Positions 26,201 through 35,000 of a DNA stretch of 64,000 bases are shown in pieces; the first letter of the stretch is position 1, and each line of letters starts with the position of its first letter. The stretch is from Sphagnum compactum (taxonomy: Eukaryota): positions 10,034,213-10,098,212 of the forward strand of contig OZ234493.1 of assembly GCA_965153455.1 (NCBI GenBank), given 5' to 3'. The position numbers and the translations under genes are program-made. Under the pieces are notes generated by a model. It was given only the letters and a program-made list of their open reading frames with translations. It was not told the origin of the DNA and searched no databases.

Positions 26201-27652
26201 TGGCTTAATGCGAGACCCGGACTGAGCAAATCAGATTCATCCTCTCCAGCCGAAATTCTTAGGCAGCCAATTTTTGGCAATCCGTCCATCCTCAATTCGA
26301 AAGGCATCCCGCTCGGGGTAGGGGGCCTGAAAGAAGGAAGCTCCTTCGCGAAGGCCGGATATACTCGAGTCAAGGATTTCTAGAATGAAAAGACCAGAGG
26401 GTGGAAAAGTCTCACAGGCCTTGGCATGAGCTATCACCTTTCCAACAGGGAATGCAGGGAGCTGATTACGAACAGTATTCCCTGGCGCCCGAATGAACAC
26501 GAAGACCACACTCGGATTGGCGACTGGATCGCCAACCCAACTCCCCCAACAGGCTGCCCGCTTGACTGGGTTTATCTGGTCCTCGCTAAGGATGGTGAAA
26601 CCGCCACGGTGCTCGAATTCCAAAGGACCACGCCCAGTGGGCGCATCCAGCTGACGACCAACCAGGCGCTCAGGATTTCCACTGCCAATTACCAGCCTAT
26701 CAGGGTGCTCTCTCAGGAAAACCCCAGGGCAATGTTCAAGGTTGCCAGGGTCCCTCCAGCACCGGGGAAAAAGGCTCTCATCTACTGGATCTACGACATC
26801 GGTTTCATTCAAAACCTACCCTGGGATCCGGGGGAATGGCACTGGTTACCTAACCCTCCCCTGGGCGACGCCCCCTTTTTTGGGTACTCGGCAAAAAGGG
26901 GCTACACCAACATACGCAAATCCATGCAAACATCGAGCATGGCTATCTTCCTCAATAACCTCAACCTAAGAAACACATCCACGGCCCAATTCACGGCCAG
27001 AATCTGGCATAACGCACGCCCACGAAAGGTGGGCACGCTCATCTGGCAGATTCTCAACAGAGGCCTCTCGGTCGGGACCTGGCTGCAAACGATGGGTCTT
27101 CCCTCGCTCTGCAAGGTGTGCGACGACAACAAGGAGGAATCTCTTCAGCACTGTCTCCTCGAGTGCCCCATGGCGCAACGCGCCTGGGAAGCCTACAAAC
27201 GTATCTGGTCGGAATGGCAAGCTCCTCACGATCTGGAAATCACGTGGCCTTTCGCGCTCCTGGGGGAACCGGTGATCGAACAAGAAGATGACCCCCCTGG
27301 GCTCCTCGCTTACCACACCGGCGGCTTCACCTATCCTAGACAACCTTTAGACATACTGCGTAGCTTCATTGTTTATCGCCTCTGGACTGAGAGATGCAGA
27401 AAACACTTTGATGATAAGTATTCCCTCAAAGTGACCTCCACCCAAGCCTGGGTGGCTACTGTTGAGGTCGGTATGGCTTCTTGGAAAGCTATTAGATCTC
27501 AGCGGCTCACCAAAGATCAGGACACTCAAACTAGCATCGAGTTTATCTTTAGAAAAGAATGGCTCCACAGGAGCATCATGGGGACGGACAACGCCACCAT
27601 CCGGTGGCATTTCCTCCCCCCCTTGTATTTCCTCCCCTTAATTAATGTTTGA
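23270..27652 (+). pseudogene. LINE ORF2 (~1460 codons): APE endonuclease, reverse transcriptase, zf-RVT; four in-frame stops
   Basis: APE motifs SLNVRG, LLQEHH, INVYVPN, GGDLN, SRIDKF, TDHSP. RT motifs APGHDG, NWRPITLL, LDFEKAFD, RQGCPLAP, FADD (25457-25468), YLG. zf-RVT CKVC..ESLQHCLLEC from 27110. ORFs 23270, 24680 and 26426 share one frame, interrupted by TGA 24230, TAG 24320, TAG 24638 and TAG 26381. Confidence 0.95.
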
Positions 27653-28399
27653 TGGGGCTGCTGCCTCCCTCCCCGCCTGGGGGTTCTTGCCCTAAGTTGT
27701 TGTCGGATTGAACCATGGAGGTGTGCATGATGGTACATGTACGCAGGAAACACTTTTTCAGTGTATTCCTGTCTCATAACTAACCACTGTGGTTAGATAC
27801 GTACCAACCAGCAACCCTTATCTACTTACCTAGTAGTCATCAAGTGTCTTACGTACTTACCTACATACATATTAGCCACATATAGGTCACTAATTATAAC
27901 CATGCATAGGCACCTATTTTACATACCTACTTATGTTTGATACTTACCCGCTTACATAGGGTGTTAGTCACGACTGAAGTGAACCAGCAGCCACCAGTTC
28001 AGGATGAGGCCGTTCAAACCGTTGAATCAAAAACACATCCTCTTCCCCTGCCCAAAGATTTTTCAGCCCTCTTCCCTGCCCCAAAATTTTCCCCTCCTAC
28101 CTACCTCAACCCCTCCCCACCTCCTACCTCCCTCCTACCTACCTCCGTCACCTCATTTCCTTCTCACTCCATCGTTAGAGCTCTCGAGCTTGAGTAGCTT
28201 AGAACTTTGAGGAGACGCGAGGCACAAGGCTTGAGGAAGGTGGAGAGCTCAATGTTGAAGGAACGCGAAGAGGAGAAGGCAAGAGGAGCTCTTTATCCCA
28301 AACGTAGAAGCAAGAGAAGAGAGGTAAACTCCCTCCCTTCTTTGCATTTTTTTTTCTTCTCTATGTTTTTTTTTCTCTATTTTTTTTTCCCTTCTGCTT

Positions 28400-28935
28400 G
28401 AGAAAAAGAAGACAATAGCAATGGCCATTGTCTTTTTTTTTCTTTTTTTTTGTTTCTGTTTGAAACAAAGATGATGGCATCAAGTTTACTGCTGTCACAT
28501 TTTTTTTTTCTTTTGCTATTGTTACTGCGAACAAGGCAATGATAGCAAGCTTGTTGTTGTCACCCATTTTTTTCTTATTTCTACTTGAAGCGAAAATGGG
28601 TGACAACAGTAAGCTTGTTGCTATTGCATCTTTTTTTTTTTTTTTTTTTTGTTGTTATGAGCACGGCAACGATAATAAGCTTGCTATCATTGCCCTTTTT
28701 TTGTTTTTCTGCTTGAAGGGAAAATGGGTGACGACAATAAGTTTGCTACCATCACATTTTGTTTTTCTTCTATTGTTGCTATTGTGAACGAGGCGATAAT
28801 AGCAAGTTTGCTACCATCACCCTTTTTTTTTTCTTTCTACTTGAAACAAAGAAGGTGATGGTAGTGATTGTCACCTTCTTCAAGTGTTTTGCTACAAAGA
28901 AGGCGATGACAACAAGCCGTCGCCTTTTTTCTTTT
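28400..28935. repeat. Degenerate ~60-65-bp tandem repeat in the first intron of the MULE cargo gene
   Basis: Units GACAA(T/C)AGCAAGCTTG(C/T)T..TCACC followed by a T-run, at about 28410, 28470, 28538, 28601, 28670, 28731, 28794 and 28905. Confidence 0.75.
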
Positions 28936-29035
28936 TTTCCTTCTCTAATCCTTTTGCTATGAAAAATTGTTAATTATTCATTAGAATTGACAATTAACAA
29001 TGATTTGGTGGTTTTTTTAAATGTTTAGGGTTATA

Positions 29036-30494
29036 ATGGTTAAAGGAAGGAAACCAAAGAAAATTGGTAGTGATTCGAAAGCTTAGAAGCAAAATGTTGC
29101 TTCATCATAATCGACAATTGGGGAGTAACATGTTGCTCCATCAAAACCAAGAGTTGATGAATCAAGCAATCCATGTGATTTAGAGTTGGCAATGGTGGTT
29201 GTTTGCAATTCAAATGATGAGATCCCGCCCAATATAGATTAGGAATTTCAATCGAAAAATGGTCAGTTAGATTGTTTTAAAATTCACATACATTAGATTA
29301 AATGCAGAAAAAAATTGTACAAAAAGATTTAAGTTTAATTATACCCACACCTTCCATCATTTGATGGAATGTGCAAGATTTTTTTTCAAAATCTTTTTAT
29401 TGTAATACTTAAAAGAGGTTAGAGTTTATAATAGTTGCATATGATTATGTGATATTATGTTTTGCAATACCTGCATTTTGTTGTGTGACCTTTTTATGTC
29501 TAAGGTTTTAAGGTTAGGGGTTTTTATTACAAAATAAAGACGTACTAATTTTTATAGTTTTTGGTTTAGGTCCAGAACTTGAAACCGACCAGACCTTTCA
29601 ACCATTGGCACCCCCTTGTCCACCTAATATGATTTGGAAGGATAAAAAATGGATGAAGGTTGGGTTGAAATGGAAGTGTAAAATTAACACTTACATTATC
29701 GCATATTATGCCAAATGGTTTTTGACCAATCATTTGAAAGAGGTGCATGGCTTAATGGTAAAAAAAGCAAAACTTAGGAAGCTTTCAAGTTCCAAAGGAG
29801 GTCCTCGACATCAAAATCATGCTAAAATGAACATTCACATCTTGGGAGATGCCATGGCCATGCGGAGGCAAAGTGATCAAAAGGTTGCTAGTTGCATTCG
29901 TGCCAAAACCTAACACGAGTGGGATAAATTGGTAATTGTTGCAGAACAATGTCCACCATTACCAAAACCAACTTTGGTCAAATTAACTTCAAAGCAATTG
30001 TTGCAAATGTTGGGTCTTAATGTTTAGGGCGTGGGAAACGTGCCTTGAATTATAACATCATGGATGGAGAAGGACGAAGATTTACAAAATATGATTCAAT
30101 CCACCCGTTCTACATACCTACAATGATTGAAAATGACATGGGATGTCAAAAATTGGGATCAAGAGTCCATTAAAGCAAATTGGACACAAGAGTTAACAGT
30201 TGTATTGGATTTCCATGAATCTAGAATGATTCATGGAAGGTAAGAAAAAATAATAATCAATGTTTGTTGTTTTTTTTATAATTTTGTTTCATCCAAGGTG
30301 TGTTAAGTTAGGGTTTAATTTGGTGGTTTTTGGGTGTTTACAGGGTTCAGGGCACAACAAAGGAGGAGTTTGTTACAAATGCAATTCATGTTGAAATGTA
30401 ACGCCGCCATCTATACATTGCTCATCATGCAACAAGGGCTACAAATGTGGCAATTGCTTACTAAACTAAACACAACATTGTAGATAGTGATATG
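29036..30494 (+). pseudogene. Spliced MULE-borne gene encoding a C2H2 zinc-finger protein of unknown function (decayed)
   Basis: Leader donor GAG|GTAAAC at 28324; exons 29029-29261 (ATG 29036), 29570-30239 and 30344-~30494 with GT-AG introns whose phases (1, then 2) join into one frame; branch-like TACTAAT at 29543. Motif C-x4-[Y, TAC from TGC?]-x3-Y-x5-L-x2-H-x4-H at 29677-29748. The in-frame stops are explicable by C>T/G>A. Confidence 0.7.
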
Positions 30495-30884
30495 GTTTAG
30501 GGTTTCCACTTTATATAGTTAGTTAAGTTTTTCAAACCTTCCATTTTTTGGACTACCCACTTTTTGAACTTTGGTCCTTTGATATTCTATAGAGAACCCT
30601 TTTTTCATTGGGTTCTTTAACATTTTTTGATCTATTCATTTTTGTACATCTTTTATCAATATAATTTTTTTTTCTAATCACACTTGTTTGATGGGTATAT
30701 GGTTAATCATATATGTCTTTTTTTTTAATCATCTTCTTAGTGCTTTAGACATAAGAATCAAAACTTAAATAATCCCATATGCACATTTTTAAATTAATTT
30801 GTTTAAGGTTTACAAAGGTCAAAATGAACATTATGTAATACCTACATCCTTTCTATTATAATTTCCATAAGGCCATTTCAAATA

Positions 30885-31110
30885 TGCAATAACCACATAT
30901 AGGTTTTGTAAATAGTTGTTGGTTTTTTTACATCCATTGTAATACCCGCATATAGGTTTCGTAAATAGTTGCAAGTTTTTTTACATCCATTGTAATACCC
31001 GCATATAAATCTAGTAGTTGATTTTTTTAACATGCATTATAGTATTTGCATATAGGTCCGTAAATAGTTGCTGATTTTTAATATCTTTTGCAATACTTGC
31101 ATATAGGTTT
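30885..31110 (+). repeat. ~50-bp tandem array containing AATACCCGCATATAGG
   Basis: Motif copies at 30888, 30941, 30994, 31041 and 31092. Confidence 0.85.
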
Positions 31111-31474
31111 TCATTGTAATATTTATTGGACTCATATGACATAATAATTTAATCTAAGTATCAACAAATAATGTCATAATTAAGGAATTATTAAAAGAAT
31201 ATTTCAGATAATGTAAATGATTGATTATCATATTTAAACAAACATTTATTGTTTAATATGAATTAATTGATTATTTGGTTGAACCTTCATTATTCAGATA
31301 ATTAAAATTTAGATCTAAAAATCAAATCAATAATTTGATATTTAACTTATTATCTTAATTATTTTTTTATGTTGATAAATTATTCAAATCATTATTTTAG
31401 ATAATTATTCATGATAATTAATTGTCATAAAATTAATTTAAGTATATAAAGAAACATATTTTGGGTACCCAAAC

Positions 31475-31760
31475 CACTTATTTTGAAATGACCTTACATG
31501 TGGGTATTGCATTTAAGGTTGATTCTTCACCTAAGGTTGTCTAAATCACCTATGGATTATTTCAAAATGAACTTGCATGCAAGTATTGCATATAGGCCTT
31601 AGTTTTCATTGAAAGGCCACCCAAACTACATATTGGTTATTTCGAAATGACCCTACATGTGGGTATTGCATTTAAGGTTGGGTCTAAAAATCAAGTTACC
31701 TAAATCACCTATTGGTTATATCAAAACAAACTTGAATATAGGTATTGCATTTAGGGCTAG
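31475..31760 (-). repeat. ~80-bp tandem array containing the same motif in the opposite orientation (CCTACATGTGGGTATTGCA)
   Basis: Copies at about 31493, 31573, 31652 and 31732. Confidence 0.8.
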
Positions 31761-33248
31761 GTATTCATATAATTTTGCAATACCCGCACACGTACTTAAT
31801 TTCTATTTACCAAATAGAAATTTTGCCTTAATTTTTTGAATAATTAAATAAAATTTGTAACAAAACACAAAAGAAGGTGTGTTTCTTACCACTTGATAAT
31901 ATTTCCAAGTTAAAGTTCTTTCGCTTTCTCTAAAAAAATATAAAATGACATTGCATTGTTTTACATGTGCTTAAGCCCTAAAAATTCTACCCAAAATGAA
32001 CTCAAGATTTATTTTAATTATTACAAACTTGTAAAAAAAATGTTAATTAATTTATATGTCCCAAACTCTAAATACTAACATTAAGTAGTAAAATTTACAT
32101 TAAACCCTAACCCCTTGTATCATCAATTTGACCAATTTTGCATTATATTCATTTTTATATATGTTAAATCATACTATAAGGTGAATAATTTTTTTTGAAA
32201 ACATTAATTTCATGACGTATTGGCAAGGAATCAAATATTTAGAAAATATTTTAATGTTTCATGGTTAATGAATTATCACAATATGATACGGGTATTGCAT
32301 TTAAACAAAAGTGGGTTAGGAAATATTGAACTTTAACAACTATGGAACATATGGAAACAAAGGAAATTCATAATTATGTTATAGACTTAAATAAGCGATA
32401 AGATCAAAAACCAATACAATGAGCAAAGTTTAAAGGATAAACCTTAAGCTTTGATATATATGAACCAAATTCCTAAACATTAAATCATAAGGCATAACCT
32501 TAAAAATCGAAATGATATTTTCCCATAAGCCCTATTACAACCTTAACTATACAAACCCTAACAAAAAAAGTCCTAGTGATATATGCCCTAAACCCAAAAA
32601 ACTATACAAAGTATACAAATTATATAATGAAAAACAAAAAAATTAAAAAAAACATAGGAAAAGATTTAGAAACCAAAATTTAAAGCTTTTAAACTACAAA
32701 GATTTTTTGACCGAAAAAAAACCTTAATCTTCAAAAACAATCAAATAAATTTTGTCAAAAACTAAAAGAAAAGATATGTCTGTTACCTTTGTGTGATCTC
32801 TCCGAACTAATTTTTCCACTCTCTTTGAAAAAGATATAGAATGAAATTGTATTACTTCACATGTGTTTAAACCCTAAAATTTCCCCCCCAAATTTAGCCT
32901 AGTTTAGTTTAATTACTATAGATTTGTGAAAAACTTGCTAACTAATTTATATGTCCCAACTTTAAACCTAAACCATAATCCAATAGTACATACATATAAT
33001 AATTACATGAAAAGATGTATTCTAATATCCATTCCATAAATAAGTTACATAAACAAAATTTAGTAAAATATGCATTAACTAAACTAAAATGGCTGTAATT
33101 ATGACATTATTTTTATTATAAATTGTTTGTAATACCTACATATGGGGACCTATTATAACCAAAAAGAAGGGTGAATAAAGAAAACCTTTTGGGCATAAGA
33201 AACTTTTAGTAGAAGCACAAATCCTAAGAATCAATTCCAACAACTTAC

Positions 33249-33937
33249 ATTCTTGAGATTGCAAACTTGGTGTTACTAGAACTTCCCTTGGTGTTACTAA
33301 TCTGTCATAACAAGATTCAACATTCTATGTGTGAATTGCCAACTGGCACATGCATGGTGATCTCTCATTAACTTGGTATAGTGGCATTAAACAATTTGCT
33401 GCCATGTACAAATCCATACGTTATAAATCAAAAATCTATTGAGGTATAGCTTGAGGTTAGAACCCTCAATGTTCAGTTAGTCCATATGAATTGTTAACCT
33501 TTCTCTTACAAATGCAACAATGCAGAAGAACAATTAAGTTCTTTATTTGATAAAACCTAATCTCAGAAACATCTTGATCTCCATGTATGGACCAAAGTAT
33601 GAGTGACATATACCAGGTTGATTTAAAACCACTCAAGAAAGACAGAGTTTTGTGTAGATATTGGCTATGGATAAATTTTTATTAACTTCCCACTTTTGTC
33701 CTATTTTCTCTCATTTTGCCCAACCCAAGGACACCCCACTGACGTTTCTGGCATTGACTCAGATACCTGCCATACTTTATGGATTAAAGAAAGATTCAAC
33801 AAAGGTCCCCATTCAAAATGCATACTCATCCCTCTACATGCCCCTTTTTCTACAGCTCGAACTTTTTTTTTCGTCATCAATCCTCAGCATCAACCCTTTA
33901 TAGAACCTATTCCTAACAAGTACATATTGCTTGCCAT
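33249..33937 (-). pseudogene. Possible second, convergent MULE-borne gene (heavily decayed, unknown function)
   Basis: Acceptor TATGCCAG at ~33948, ATG at 33937, then one ~230-codon frame ending at a GTAAGT donor (33248). About 15 stops, over half TGA (consistent with CGA decay). More GC-rich than the flanks. No domain recognised. Confidence 0.3.
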
Positions 33938-34399
33938 AATGTAGTCACTGGCATAACGGAAATCAGATACAAAATCTACTAATCTCAACAAGCCCAACCT
34001 ACCATCACCTGAAACTGATGAAGAAAGAAGAAAAAACTTGCCTACATTGTTTTCGAATTCTCCTTCTTATCTTGCCTTCCATCGTCCTATTATGCAAACC
34101 TCCATTCAATGCCGTAGCTTCCTTAGCCATACATAGCTTAGTGTCGATCTATTTTTCATAACACACAAACAAACTAGACTTCCTACCCATGCTCACAAGT
34201 TTTTTTGAAATAGTAATTGCTGCATCTAACAAATAGTGATGGAATAATTTTCGCCATTAACATGCGGATAGTTGACAGCCACTGAAAACAAAAACCCTAA
34301 ACCCTAAAAACTTGCCATGTTCACATGAGAACATTATCCGATTGCCTTCCTATCCGGTCACACTATGTTCATCATCCATGAACTAGGGTGAACCTCAAT

Positions 34400-35000
34400 A
34401 AATTGATAGGTAGGATTGGGGGGCTAGGGGGGTGGGAAAAGTGAGTAGGTAATTAGTTAGGTATTTGACTATGTAAAAAACATAGGTAGGTAGGTGAACA
34501 TAGTGGTAGGTAGGAAGGTGGGTGCATAGGTAGGTAGTTGGGTTAGTAGGCAAGTTAGTAAGTAGAAAGAAAGTTCAAGGAGCAAGGTAGATAGGTTACT
34601 AGGGTAGGTAGGCATGTAGGTAGGCAAATTAGTAGATAGAAAGAAAGTTACATTAGCAAGGTAGCTAGGTAGATAAGCAAGTTAGTACATAGGAAACAAG
34701 TTACCTTATCAAGGTGACTAGGTTTGTAGAGTACTTATGTCAATAGGGTGGTTGTGTATACAAGGTTGCTAAATAATAATGTAGCTAGGTCAATAGGGTA
34801 AGTAGTTAGTACAATGGTTAGGTCAGTAGGGTATGTAATTAACATGGTAGCTAGGTTAGTAGGGTAGGTAGTTAGTATAGTAGTTTGGTCAGTAAGATAA
34901 CTAGTTATTAGGATAGCTATGTGAGTAGGGGATAATTAGTAAGGTACCAAGGTTGGTACAATACTTATGAGGGTAGGAAGGTGAGTAGGGTAGATATGTG
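34400..35000. repeat. TAGG/GTAG-rich low-complexity subterminal region of the MULE
   Basis: Dense taggtagg/ggtagtag motifs, with a complementary CCTA-rich stretch near the other end (28090-28145). Confidence 0.8.

Larger units (their letters stand above)
20355..27706 (+). mobile_element. Near full-length non-LTR retrotransposon, L1 clade (Tx1-like ORF2 motifs), recently inactivated
   Basis: Sharp GC/CpG-rich block in an AT-rich background with ORF1+ORF2 architecture. Flanking direct repeat CCCTAAGTTG(C/T)TG(C/T)CGG at 20355-20371 and 27690-27706. Confidence 0.95.

Noticed and set aside
24464-26812. Long minus-strand ORFs (253, 286 and 191 aa) within the LINE
   Set aside because: Antisense shadow ORFs of GC-rich ORF2 with no independent motifs.
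20117-27760. Idea that the LINE inserted inside a DNA transposon, as Xenopus Tx1L does in Tx1D
   Set aside because: The upstream MITE is complete, with both TIRs and its own TSD ending at 20346, so the LINE lies beside it rather than within it.
28400-31760. Regularly spaced repeats resembling a CRISPR array
   Set aside because: The units are degenerate, the spacers are related or T-runs, the context is a eukaryotic transposon, and there are no cas genes.
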